Of a stretch of DNA of 64,000 nucleotides, positions 52,102-64,000 are shown piece by piece. The notes beneath the pieces were generated by a model. It had not been told where the DNA came from, ran no database searches, and saw nothing but the letters and a program-made list of their open reading frames with translations. The DNA lies in NCBI RefSeq assembly GCF_006345805.1, contig NC_043017.1:10726001-10790000 (forward strand), given 5' to 3'. This stretch comes from Octopus sinensis. Lineage: Eukaryota. Positions within the stretch are counted from its first letter, which is position 1. Every line of letters begins with the position of its first letter. The position numbers and the translations under genes are program-made.

Positions 52102-52936
52102 TATATAAACATACCCACACATTCATACATACAGATATATATATGTGTGTGTGTGTGTATGTATATGTGTGTGTGTATGTATATATGTGTGTGTGTGTAT
52201 ATGTGTGTGTATATATGTGTGTGTATGTATGTATATATGTGTGTGTGTGTGTATGTATGTATACATGTGTAGATGTGTGTATTTTGTGCATGTGGGTGTG
52301 TATATTTGTATAATGCTTGAACACCTACACAAAATCTACGCGTGTTCATGTAATCTCTCACTGTCTGTCTCTCTTTCTATATCTCTGTCTATCTGTCTCT
52401 CTCTATATGTCTGTCTGCCTTTCTCTCTCTCTTCTCTCTCTGTTTCTCGCACTTTCGAAAATCGTTATTTCACCACCCAATTGCGCTAATGCTGTTGAAT
52501 AAAGTTCCACTTTTTATTGTTGCTGTGAGCTTTTGTTTATTATTTAGTTGGTTAATCTTCTTAAGTCTGGGGTTAAGAAGCTTCACTATTATTATCAGTA
52601 AAACTATTTTGTCATTGAATTGTATAATAATGATTAAATTCCGACGAGACACAAAGAGGGGGGTTTGTTATAGGGAAGGACTTGGGCGATTAAAGTGGAA
52701 TTACCGGGTGTGTGTTTTACTTGCCATTAAACTGCGGCCATGCTGGGGCACCGCCTTGAATTTCAGTCGAATGAATCGGTCCTAGTTACTTTTTACTTTT
52801 TTAAAGCTCGTTATTCTATCGGTTCATTTTGTCGAAATGCTAAGTTGCAGGGACGTAAACAGACCAACACCGGTTGACAATAGCTGGTGGGGTGCGCGCG
52901 TGCACACACAGACATAGACACACACACATTATATAC

Positions 52937-53130
52937 CTATTTCTTTACTACCCACAAGGGGCTAAACATAGAGAGGACAAACAAGGATAGACAAACGGAT
53001 TAAGTCGATTACATCGACCCCAGTGCATAACTGGTACTTAATTTATGGAACCTGAAAGGATGAAAGACAAAGTCGACCTCGGCGGAATTTGAACTCAGAA
53101 CGTAACGGCAGACGAAATACGGCTTACGCA
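52937..53130 (-). mobile_element. Family A SINE (truncated)
   Basis: Reverse-strand match to the family A body and end. Confidence 0.85.
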
Positions 53131-53644
53131 CATTATATACCGTCCACCAAATCCATTCACAAGGCTTTGGTGGGTCTGAGGCTATAGTAGCAGACACTTT
53201 CCCAAGGTGCCATGTGGTTGCAGACGTTCAAACAATCACAACGGGGAAACGTGCGTAGGGAACAAATTCCATGAACTTGTGTTTATCATAGTCTCTCTCT
53301 CACACACACATGTACACACGCGTTATACAAACAGATATATATATATAGAATTATGCTGTTTACAAAAAGAGTGGTGACAAGGACTTTGAGGTTTCGGCTT
53401 GCTCGCTTTCATCAGACTGTTTCTGTCTGATGAAGGTTAGCAGGCCGAAACTTGGCAGACAGACAGTTTGTTTTAAGTTAGGTAAGGTAACAAATATTCA
53501 GAGATTGTAGTTAATGGTGGTTGTATTGTTTTGTGTACAGTCAAGTAATAACAACCTTATCCAAACATACACTCTACTACTCTCATTGTAAAAACATAAC
53601 AAATATGTACTCTACTAAAAAGTATCGAATAATCATTCAGTTTG

Positions 53645-54030
53645 GTGGCGAGCGGGCGAAATGCTTAGCAGTATTTCGTCAGCCGTTACGTTCTGAGTTC
53701 AAATTCCGCCGAGGTCCACTTAGCCTTTCATCCTTTCGGGGTCGATTAAATAAGTACCAGTTACGCACTGGGGTCGATATAATCGACTTAATCCGTTTGT
53801 CTGTCCTTGTTTGCCCCCTTTGTGTTCAGCCCCTTGTGGGTAGTAAAGAAATAGGTATTTCGACCGTCGCTACGTTCTGAGTTCAAATTCCTCCGAGGTC
53901 GACTTAGCCTTTCATCCTTTCGGAGTCGATGAAATAAGTACCAGTTATGCACTGGGGTTGACGTAATTTACTAGCCCCCTTAGCCCCAAAATTTTCGAGG
54001 CCTTGTGCCTAGAGTAGAAATAATTATAAC
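53645..54030 (+). mobile_element. Family A SINE, dimeric form with variant tail
   Basis: Junction GTAAAGAAATAGGTATTTCG at ~53843-53862. Confidence 0.88.
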
Positions 54031-54829
54031 TTCATATAAAAGCAAACATGTGCACACACACACACACACACACACACATCATCATCATCATCGTTTAACG
54101 TCCGTTTTCCGCGCTAGCACGGGTTGGACGGTTCGACCGGGGTCTGGGAAGCCAGGGGCTGCTCCAGGCTCCAGTCTGATCTGGCAGAGTTTCTACGGCT
54201 GGATGCCCTTGTATATATATATATATAAACCCTTCCTAACACCAACCACATATGTATAAATTAATATAAACAGCTAAGCGCAATGTAACTACTGAAGAAA
54301 AATTTTAATAAGAGTTGAAAAAACTCTTAATTCTATATGGATATATATCTGTCAGTCGGAGGTTTTAACGATAATTAGTTCTTCGTCTTGCATCTTTTTT
54401 AGTTGTGGTGGTGCGGGAGCAAGTCGATTACATGTAACTCCAGTACTTGACTAGTACTTTATTTTATCGACCCAGACAGGATGAAAGGCACAAAATTGAC
54501 CTCGGCGCTATTCGAACTTAGATTGCAAAATACCACAAGACCTAACATCCTACACTAACCATTCTACCAATTCACAGGCCTACCGCCACCACCACCACCA
54601 CCACTACTACTACTGATAATTATAATAATCCTTTCACAAGGTCTGAAATTTCGGTAAGAGAGGTTAGTTGATTATATCGAACCCTGTACGCAACTGATGC
54701 TTATTTCATCGGCCCCAAAAGGGTGAAAGGCAAAGTCGGCTTCGGCGGAATTTGAACTCGGGACAGAAAACTGAAAGAAATGCTACTAAGCATTTTGTCC
54801 GGCGTGTTACCGATTCCGCCATCCCGCTG

Positions 54830-54962
<133 letters not shown>

Positions 54963-55102
54963 GGTCCCGGGTTGAGTCGGGGTTAACCACAGTAAATAAG
55001 GTACTCAATACATAGCAGAGTAAATTAATTTATTTTATAGAAGGAGCTTCTACAGGACTAGAACTGTTTCATTCAAATGAAATCATCATTATTTTGACAG
55101 CA

Positions 55103-55153
55103 AGCTTCCTGATGATTTCATTTGAATGAAACAGTTCTAGTCCTGTAGAAGCT
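55103..55153 (+). ncRNA. Predicted type I hammerhead ribozyme, copy 1
   Basis: Stem I AGCTTC/GAAGCT, core CTGATGA, stem II TTC-ATTT-GAA closed by T.T, then GAA, stem III ACAG/CTGT with loop TTCTAGTC. Cleavage triplet GTA, predicted cut after 55147. Confidence 0.7.
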
Positions 55154-55344
55154 ACTTCTATAAAATAAATATATATATATATTATATATATATATATATA
55201 TGTAGGTCCCGGGTTGAGTCGGGGTTAACCACAGTAAATAAGGTACTCAATACATAGCAGAGTAAATTAATTTATTTTATAGAAGGAGCTTCTACAGGAC
55301 TAGAACTGTTTCATTCAAATGAAATCATCATTATTTTGACAGCA

Positions 55345-55395
55345 AGCTTCCTGATGATTTCATTTGAATGAAACAGTTCTAGTCCTGTAGAAGCT
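55345..55395 (+). ncRNA. Predicted type I hammerhead ribozyme, copy 2
   Basis: Identical to 55103-55153, shifted by 242 bp. Confidence 0.7.
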
Positions 55396-55998
55396 CCTTC
55401 TATAAAATAAATATATATATATATACATATACCCACTATAACACATTGGGGCCAGTACAAAACGATGCCATGTGGGGGTTACATAAGGCGCTTATAAAAA
55501 GAACAGCGATAGCAGATATAAATATCAGCAATGAATATCCCCCCCATCGCCCCCCAAACGGGGAAACTTCCTAGAGCTGCTCATGGAGACTTCACTAAAC
55601 CATTGCTGGCTCATACTTTAAAGTAGTCCTGTTCCTTGATGATTATTAACGGTGCTGGTAGTAATTAAAGATAGGCAAGCTTGACGCTAATGATTTTTAT
55701 CACTGATGGTTGATGTGATGGTGTTGATAAAAGTGGATGATATAACGAAATGTTGATGAATTAAAGATGTTTGATAATGCTAATAAATACTGGTTTTAAT
55801 AGTAATTATGTTGTTGGTTTGGAATCAACCAACCTTTTCTCTTCCCCCAGCCCCCACCCGCTCACACCATGATCAGAGACAATCAAGTCATGGTCATCAC
55901 GTTTGAATTTACACCCGGTGTTTAGGGTTAGGGTCACGCCAAAAACGGGTGGTGTGCGTATTCTTTACCTCCGCCTTTATGTATGTAATATTTCGTTT

Positions 55999-56260
55999 TT
56001 TCAGCCGAAGGCACGTAAAAAGCACCATCCATCCGTGGCCGTTTGCCAGCTCCGTCTGGCACCTGTGCGGGTGGCACATAAAAAGCACCCACTACACTCA
56101 CGGAGTGGTTGGCATTAGGAAGGGCATCCAGCCGTAGAAACACTGCCAGATCAGACTGGTCCTGGTGCAGCCTTCTGGCTTCACAGACCCCAGTTGAAAC
56201 GTCCAACCCATGCTAGCATGGAAAGCAGACGCTAAATGATGATGATGATGATGATGATGA
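55999..56260 (+). mobile_element. Family C repeat
   Basis: Sub-repeats, core and (GAT)n tail. Confidence 0.85.
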
Positions 56261-56495
56261 ATAATGTACACTGATGGATAATGTTATCCTGTGTCTTACA
56301 AATAAATAAAGAAAAAAGACCGGTGTGGTTTAAGCAAGCCTTTGCTGCTATTTCTAGCAGGTCTAGCAACCACATTGAAGTAACTCCTCCCTTCGTTAAT
56401 TTGGACCATTTTGGTGGTAAAGTGAATTACGTGGAATACAGAGTCCGGTTCACGTTTGAAACTTATCGTATGTATATGTGTGTGTCCATATATGG

Positions 56496-56880
56496 GGTGG
56501 AAGCACTCCGTCGGTTACGACGACGAGGGTTCCGGTTGATCCAATCAACGGAACAGCCTGCTCGTGAAATTAACGTGTAAGTGGCTGAGCACTCCACAGA
56601 CACGTGTACCCTTAACGTAGTTCTCGGGGATATTCAGCGTGACACAGAGAGTGACAAGGCTGGCCCTTTGAAATACAGGTACAACAGAAACAGGAAGTAA
56701 GAGTGAGAGGAAGTTGTGGTGAAAGAGTACAGCAGGGATCACCACCATCCCTGCCGGAGCCTCGTGGAGCTTTTAGGTGTTTCGCTCAATAAACACTCAC
56801 AATGCCCGGTCTGGGAATCGAAACCGCGATCCTACGACCGCGAGTCTGCTGCCCTAACCACTGGGCCATTGCGCCTCCAC
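56496..56880 (-). mobile_element. Family D-related SINE (near-identical to 43204-43585)
   Basis: Same head and body on the reverse strand. Confidence 0.9.
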
Positions 56881-56911
56881 GTGTCCTTATATATACGTAT
56901 GTGTACATATA

Positions 56912-57303
56912 TGGCTGTGTGGTAAGAAGTTTGCTTCCCAACCACATGGTTTCGGGGTTCAGTCCCACTGCCCCACACTTCGAGTATCTTCTCTAACCCC
57001 GGCGAGCTGGCAGAATCGTTAGCACGCCGGGCGAAATGCGTAGCCGTATTTCGTCTGCCGTTACGTTCTGAGTTCAAATTCCGCCGAGGTCCACTTTGCC
57101 TTTCATCCTTTCGGGGGTCGATAAATTAAGTATCAGTTACGCACTGGGGGTCGATGTAATCGACTTAATCCATTTGTCTGTCCTTGTTTGTCCCCTCTGT
57201 GTTTAGCCCCTTGTGGGTAGTAAAGAAATATATCTTCTATAACCCCGAGCGAAGCAAAGACTTTTGAGTGGATTTGGACGGACAGAAACTGAAAGAAGCT
57301 CGC
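56912..57303 (+). mobile_element. Family B fragment with a nested family A SINE (57000-57229)
   Basis: TATCTTCT(C/A)TAACCCC is duplicated on both sides of the family A copy. Confidence 0.85.
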
Positions 57304-58049
57304 CGGACAGTCCGGCGAAGGCTGGCAGGCCGCTGTCACCTTTCTTGTAAAGGCAGCCGCTTGCGGACCCACACATTTAGGAGGTTGTTTGTTGTGGCCA
57401 GTCAGAGAGTGACCATTGGTTTTGCACTACTAAATCTCTTAGCTGTATAGGCTACTCGTCATAAGGCAAACAGCCTAAATGTTACTGCTCTGATGTTTTA
57501 GTGTGCTTCTCTCTTCCGATATATGAACTACTGACCCACATACACACACACTCACACACACAGCTCTCTCTCACTGTCTCTCACTAACACATACTGTCTA
57601 TAAATATGCATGTATTATAAGCATATTTGCTGATCACTCATTTCTGTTAGGTTTCGATTACACAGCATTCGCACACACACACACACACACACTTAACATA
57701 CACTCTGGATAAAGGTTCGCATACATACACACTGTAACTGCACTTGTATGTGTATATGTGTGTGTGTGTGTGTGTGTAGAAACCTGTTTCTCCATTGTAA
57801 CTAAACTGTTAATTTTTGTTTGTTTAATTACAGTCTGCCAGTTATTATATACTTATATTGCAGTGTTTGTGTTAGTAAATGGGGTGAGTTGAATAAAAAA
57901 ACTCCATTAGATCAATAGTGTACGAATTTTTATTACATTAACTTCTTTGTATTGCTTAAATTCAGTTTAAACCTTAATCAAACACATCTATGATAAAAAT
58001 TTACCCCAGTTATGGCCATCCTGTCTTTTTAGAGCTGTAGGTCTATATC

Positions 58050-58469
58050 TATTTCCTTACTACCCACAAGGAGCTAAACACAGAGAGGACAAACAAGGAC
58101 AGACAAACGGATTAAGCTGATTACATCGACTCCCAGTGCGTAACTGGTACTTATTTAATCGACCCCGAAAGGATGAAAGGCAAAGTCGACCTCGGCAGAA
58201 TTTGAACTCAGAACATAGCGGCAGACGAAATATCTATTTCTTTATTACCCACAAGGAGCTAAACACAGAGAGGACAAACAAGGACAGACAAACGGATTAA
58301 GCTGATTACATCGACTCCCAGTGCGTAACTGGTACTTATTTAATTGACCCCGAAAGGATGAAAGGCAAAGTCGACCTCGGCGGAATTTGAACTCAGAACG
58401 TAGCGGCAGACGAAATACGGCTTACACATTTCGCCCGGTGTGCTAACGTTTCTGCCAGCTCGCCGCCTT
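58050..58469 (-). mobile_element. Family A SINE dimer with a single TSD
   Basis: TGTAGGTCTATATC on both flanks; junction GACGAAATATCTATTTCTTT at ~58225-58245. Confidence 0.92.
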
Positions 58470-59104
58470 GTGTAGGTCTATATCATCCACTACGCTTTCC
58501 AAGGACAGTGAGGATGTGATTTGGTTGCTATTTCTAGCAGGTCAGGGTCAGACGCCAATGTAAACTCAAGCCCACGTTGATTTGTGTGTTTTGGTGACAG
58601 ATGTGTTTATCTTTCTGTTACACTGACTCCTTAAATCAGAGTAGGTGGGTAAATGTTTGCGATTCTGCACTTTGAGACCCTCCTTTTTTTTTTTTTTGGT
58701 GTGTGTCTGTGTGTGTGAGAAAGAGAGCGTTAATAGTTGTATTCTCTTATACAGTACCAAACCAATTATCTACCATCTGGCAAACTTGGGACTGGAACTT
58801 TCCTGGATTTTGGATTTTCTGGTTTTTTGGTGACAGTTGATATACTATGAAAAGTGAAGAACTAAATTGTACTTAACGAATTTAAATTAATACACTTCTA
58901 AAGCAGGATCTGCTGGATATTAATCCATTTAAAATTTTCAAAAATGTGTCACACTGTACCATGTATATTGTGTGATGTTTATAGGGTGAAAATTAAGCAA
59001 TGACAAGTAAAGAACATGACTTCATTTGGTACCAGTACAAATGAATGCAGCCCTAAAGTAAGGTGCTTGATATTTAAAATCCTGAAAACATCATGTTGTA
59101 CCGT

Positions 59105-59321
59105 ACTCTTTACTCTTTTACTTGTTTCAGTCATTTGACTGCGGCCATGCTGGAGCACTGCCTTTAGTCGAGCAAATCGACCCTAGGACTTATTCTTTGT
59201 AAGCCCAGTACTTATTCTATCGGTCTCTTTTGCCAAACCACTAAGTGACAGGGACTTAAACACACCAGCATTGGTTTTCAAGCAATGCTAGGGGGGGGGG
59301 CAAACACAGACACACAAACAT

Positions 59322-59352
<31 letters not shown>

Positions 59353-59520
59353 CATATATATGACAGGCTTCTTTCAGTTTCCATCTACCAAATCCTCTCA
59401 CAAGGCATTGGTCAGCCCGGGGCTATAGTAGAAGACACTTGCCCAAGATGCCACGCAGTGGGACTGAACCCAGAACCATGTGGTTGGTAAGCAAGCTACT
59501 TACCACACAGCCACTCCTGC
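59105..59520 (-). mobile_element. Family B SINE, intact
   Basis: Reverse-strand match to the copy at 13431. Confidence 0.9.
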
Positions 59521-59659
59521 GTCATGCTTAAATATGTTTATAGAATGAAAATTAAAGAAAAAAAATAAAGAACATGGTTTTATCCAACAGATACAGGCAC
59601 AAATTAATACATTTCTAAAGCGGGGTATGTTTAATCTTTAACAATCCACATAAATGTAA

Positions 59660-59998
59660 ATAATGATCATAGAACAAGGCTGATTTAACAACACTTCTTT
59701 TGCACCCTTTTCAAGCCTAGCCAGGCCCGGTTTCCTGGTTTCTGCGGCGTATGTGTTCCCCCCCAGCTGGTCGGGACGCCAGTCCATCACAGCGTTACTC
59801 AAGAAATAGAAAGAAAGAGTGAGAGAAAGTTGGGGCAAAAGAGTACAACAGGGGTCGCCACCACCCCCTGCCAGAGTCTTGTGGAGCTTTTAGGTGTTTT
59901 CGCTCAATAAACACACACAACGCCCGGTCTGGGAATTGAAACTACAATCCTACGACCGTGAGTCCACTGCCCTAACCATAGGGCCATTGCGCCTCCAC
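59660..59998 (-). mobile_element. Family D-related SINE
   Basis: tRNA-like head GGAGGCGCAATGGCCC on the reverse strand. Confidence 0.8.
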
Positions 59999-60003
59999 AC
60001 ACA

Positions 60004-60256
60004 CATCATCATCATCGTTTAGTGTCCGTTTTCCATGCTAGCATGGGTTGGACAGTTCAACTGGGGTCTGGGAAGCCAGAAGGCTGCACCAGGCCCAGTC
60101 TGATCTGGCAATGTTTCTACGGCTGGATGCCCTTCCTAACGCCAACCATTCCGTGAGTGTAGTGGGTGCTTTTTATGTGCCAGACGAGGCTGGCAAACGG
60201 CCACAATCGGATGGTGCTTTTTACGTACCACCGGCACGGGGGCCAGGCGAGGCTGA
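60004..60256 (-). mobile_element. Family C repeat
   Basis: Core and tail on the reverse strand. Confidence 0.85.
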
Positions 60257-61008
60257 TATATATACATATATCTTCCAAAAATGTCTGAAATGCCCAGAAA
60301 GATCACTGTATACTTGTGAAGGTGCATGTTCAAAATGGTTAATGTTTTTTTTTTTTTTGATCAGATATCATTATTGGGACAATTTCTTCTGTATCTACTC
60401 TATTTGGAAGAGATAAAAAAATTGTCTTGAAAATGTCCTGAGTGCAGGCTTGGCTGTTGTAAGAAGTTTGTGCGTGTGTGTGTGTGTGTCTGTGTCAGTT
60501 ATTGCCCCCATAACGGAAGTGGTGTCCTCTATTTCCACTATTCCACACAACCATGTCTGGTCCTGGAGAAATATTGCTTTGCTTAGAAACAGGCGAGGGT
60601 TGGTGACTGGGAAGGCATCTGACTCAACAAATTTTGTCTCCCATTTAAGCATGGGAAAGTGGATGATTATGAATGTTCTTGCCTGGTCACATGTTATAAG
60701 TAATGAAATTAGTGGGGTGAGAAACAAACGAAACAAAACAAAACAAAAACATAAACAGTGAATGGTAGTCCATTTGGATTGTTCTTCTGACTCAGCCATC
60801 CAGACAATAGGATGTCACTTCATTTCTGAAGTGTGCTTGGGACAAGTGGTGCCATCCCTGTCTCCATTTTCCTCACTAATCTGGGAGAGCAGCAGGATGT
60901 ATTATGCAAAGAGCTGATGACTGGATTGGAAACCACTTGAGGCTCTTAAAGAGAACGAAACATACGGTTAATGTATGTGTGTGTGTATGTGTATATACGT
61001 ATATGTAT

Positions 61009-61392
61009 AGGCGCAGGCATAGCTGTGTGGTAAGAAGCTAGTTTCGCAACAACATGGTTTGGGATTCAGTCCCACTGCGTGGCACCTTGGGCAAGTGTCT
61101 TCTACTATAGCCTCGGACCAACCAAAGCCTTGTCAATTGATCTGGAAGACAGAAACTGGAAAAAACCCAGTGTGTATATATATATAATCTTTGTGTGTGT
61201 CTTTGTCCCCCACCCTGCTTGACAACCGGTGTTGGTGTGTTTACATCTCCATAATTTAGTGATTCGGTAAAAAGATCAATAGTATAGGTACCAGGCTTAA
61301 AAAAATAAGAAAATTGGGATCAATTCATTCAACTGAAAGTTCTCAACGGTGGTGTCTCAACGTGACTAAAGTTTAATAACTGAAACAAGTAA
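61009..61392 (+). mobile_element. Family B SINE (decayed)
   Basis: Head, internal TA tract and GACT...TAACTGAAACAAGTA end. Confidence 0.8.
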
Positions 61393-61643
61393 TATATATA
61401 TATATACACATGTATATATTGTTGCTATTATACAAAAGTGTCGTAAGTCCAAAATGTTGCTTTTTCAGAAAACGAAAAAATAGTTTCACCTTCCATAACA
61501 AAACCATTGTACTACACTTTTACAATTTTTGATATCTTAGCATCTGGAGATATAATAATTTGACCAAAAGAACCGGCTATTGCAAGCAAAAATAAATAAT
61601 GAAAACAACGCATTTGGCCAAATTTGGACACACAACAGTTTAA

Positions 61644-61863
61644 CCCTTTCGTTACCGTATTTATTTTGAGGTGCTCTGTAGTTCTTTCAATTATTTTAAA
61701 TATAACAAAGAATTTAGTAAAATAACTTAGTTATCATTAAGCTAGTGTTAGGCACATAAATTATGACTAAGGTTTGGTGGAAGATTTTAATTCAAAACTT
61801 ATGAAAACAAGACATTTTACCACAGAGCCAGAGCCGGTTTTGCCCGGGTTAGTAACAAAAGGG
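61644..61863. mobile_element. piggyBac-like MITE
   Basis: TTAA at 61640-61643 and 61864-61867; TIRs CCCTTTCGTTAC and GTAACAAAAGGG. Confidence 0.85.
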
Positions 61864-61885
61864 TTAACATAATAACTATATATAT

Positions 61886-61920
<35 letters not shown>

Positions 61921-61924
61921 CGTT

Positions 61925-62558
61925 AGCTCCTACACGCATTTTTTTCTCTCCTTGTTTTTTTCTGTGTATCTTTCTGTCGAAGAGCGTAGGCTCGAAACGT
62001 AAAAGGCTTTTTCTATTTCTATTCCTGAGCGCTATACTAATACATTTGTTTGTTTGTACTCCACCTGCCTTCATCTTTTGTTTATTTTCGTAAACTTTCC
62101 CTTTATATCTATATATATATATATATATCTGATCTGCCTTTCTGACTTGCTAGGGTACCCCCACACCACTCCTTTAATTCTACTACTACTGCCTGCTACT
62201 AGCCACTGTCCACCATACACACACATACACACACACGCACACACTCACACACACACCCTAGTCATCTCACACACCTTTTTTTACCATTCCCTCTTTGATT
62301 CAGCTCTCCTGTTTTTAAAAAACATTTTCCTCCTTTTTTACCACTTCCGTCTTTTTAGTATGTGACCTCGTGAAGACTACCTGCAATTTTTTTTCCCCTG
62401 TCCTCCCGTCTCGGGATCTTTCTTTCTCCTATGTTTCCGACGAAGAGCTCCGCTCGAAACGTCATACCCTCCTTCTTCCATTTTCCTGAGCGCCTAATAA
62501 TAATAATACTGTAATTGTTCCACGTGTTGTTGTTTTTTCTGTTTTCCCGTTTGGATTA

Positions 62559-62560
<2 letters not shown>
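61925..62560 (+). mobile_element. Two adjacent (TA)n-flanked elements, each with a minimal hammerhead-like motif
   Basis: CTGTCGAAGAGCGTAGGCTCGAAACGTA at 61974 and CCGACGAAGAGCTCCGCTCGAAACGTC at 62437. Both are followed by TTCCTGAGCG and end in (TA)n. Confidence 0.75.
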
Positions 62561-62597
<37 letters not shown>

Positions 62598-63542
62598 TAG
62601 GCACGGGCATGGCTGTGTGGTTAGGGAGCTTGCTTCCTAGCTATATGGTTTCGGGTTCAGTCCCACTGCGTGGCACATTGGGTAGGTGTCTTCCACTATA
62701 GCCCCGAGCCGACCGGAGCTTTGCGATTGAATTCGGTAGGTGGAAGTTACTGCCGTGTGTGTATGTGTGCGTATAGCTGCTCAGTGCCTCTCCGAAAGAG
62801 AGAGAGAGTACTGGAAACATTATTATGGATTTTTAGAGAACACTATATATTTTGCTTGTTTGGTTATTTAAATGAGACAAATGAGTTTAAATCATATTAA
62901 TTTTCATACAATTACGACTGTACATTCTCTGACTCTGATTTTTACAACGGCTTATAAGGGTTTCTAGTGACATCTGGCTATAATGAGCTTCTGTTGTGTG
63001 ACAACACTAAATTGTATTATGCGGCCCAGCTGCTGCAGCCCATGTTTCCTTCAGTTTTAGTCAAGCAGTGGTTGGTGCAAGGTGCTTGTTTGTGTTCTAG
63101 TGACTTTTTAGTTACTCTGTGTTGTATTAGTTACAAATCCATGTTGTACGTTGCACTTAAAGTGTAAAAAACGTTATTTCAATTCCAGGCTGAGATGGGT
63201 AAGCAAAGAGACCAAGTCCCCATAAAATTAAACAAATAGAAGTGTATTTGAGGGATGCCTCAGTTAAACAGGGAGAAATTGCAAAGAGGCTAATTGTTTC
63301 AACTCAGATAATTAGTGCAGTTAAGGAAAATGGAAAAGAACAAGGATTTGATGGGAAAAAGGATTGGTAATTGTGGTAGGAAATGAGTAACAACTCCTAG
63401 GATTGCTAAAAAAATAAAAAGAATTTCTCTGAATAATAGAAGAGCATCTTGTATTAAGATTTCCTGTGAATTAATAGAAGAGAACATTATTGTGCATCGA
63501 AGAACAATTAGCAACAGACTTTTGGAAGGTGGATTACACGCA

Positions 63543-63838
63543 TATCATCATCATCATCATTTAGCGTCCGCTTCCCATGCTAGCATGGGTTGGACGGTTC
63601 AACTGGGGTCTGTGAAGCTGGAAGGCTTCGTCAGGCCCAGTCAGGTCTGGCAGTGTTTCTACGGCTGGATGCCCTTCCTAACGCCAACCACTCCGTGAGT
63701 GTAGTGGGTGTTTTTTACGTGCCACCTGCACAGGTGCCAGACAGAGCTGGCAAACGGCCACGAATGGATGGTGCTTTTACGTGTCACCGGCACGGGGCCA
63801 GGCGATGCTGGCAACGGACATGAACGGATGGTGCTTAT
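63543..63838 (-). mobile_element. Family C repeat
   Basis: Core, sub-repeats and tail on the reverse strand. Confidence 0.85.
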
Positions 63839-64000
63839 TGAAGGAAAAAAATCATGCATGGGCTAAAAATTATATTGATAGACTTTTGAGCAAAGGGAGC
63901 AGATAAGACTAATCTCAAAGAGTGGATGAAAGTCTTTATGTATTGAATCCATGATATTATTGATGAAATAAGATGTTACCATTGATTTTAGTCATCAAAC

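Noticed and set aside
60365-60458. Apparent exon between a poly-T acceptor and GTAAGA
   Set aside because: All three frames contain stops before the donor.
62967-63167. 66-aa ORF of ordinary composition
   Set aside because: No recognisable motif, non-ATG start and weak splice signals.

Overview
AT-rich, microsatellite-saturated eukaryotic DNA. The repeat landscape (tRNA-derived SINEs, RTE tails ending in (GAT)n, a C2H2-ZNF relic, TTAGGG motifs) points to an octopus or other coleoid cephalopod; this is inference, not verified. Two long ORFs are well supported, both uninterrupted and convergent: a class A GPCR (22490-23755, +; SREB/GPR85-like, with non-canonical DRY and NPxxY motifs) and NSE4/NSMCE4, the SMC5/6 kleisin (38066-39121, -). 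The rest is mainly transposon relics (mariner, maT/Tc1, RTE, CR1, HERO-like), MITEs and four SINE-like families that I label A-D. Nearly all other ORFs in the track are microsatellite artefacts. The most interesting unexplained signal is a dispersed set of short, mostly (TA)n-flanked and often hairpin-shaped elements carrying type I hammerhead-ribozyme cores. One is a 242-bp tandem dimer with a complete hammerhead in each unit (retrozyme-like or Penelope-like). Also notable: a 2.8-kb fold-back array of ~540-bp units inside a SINE's internal (TA)n, a circularly permuted inverted duplication, and a ZNF relic split by three TSD-flanked insertions. Repeat boundaries are read by eye and approximate unless TSDs or TIRs are given.
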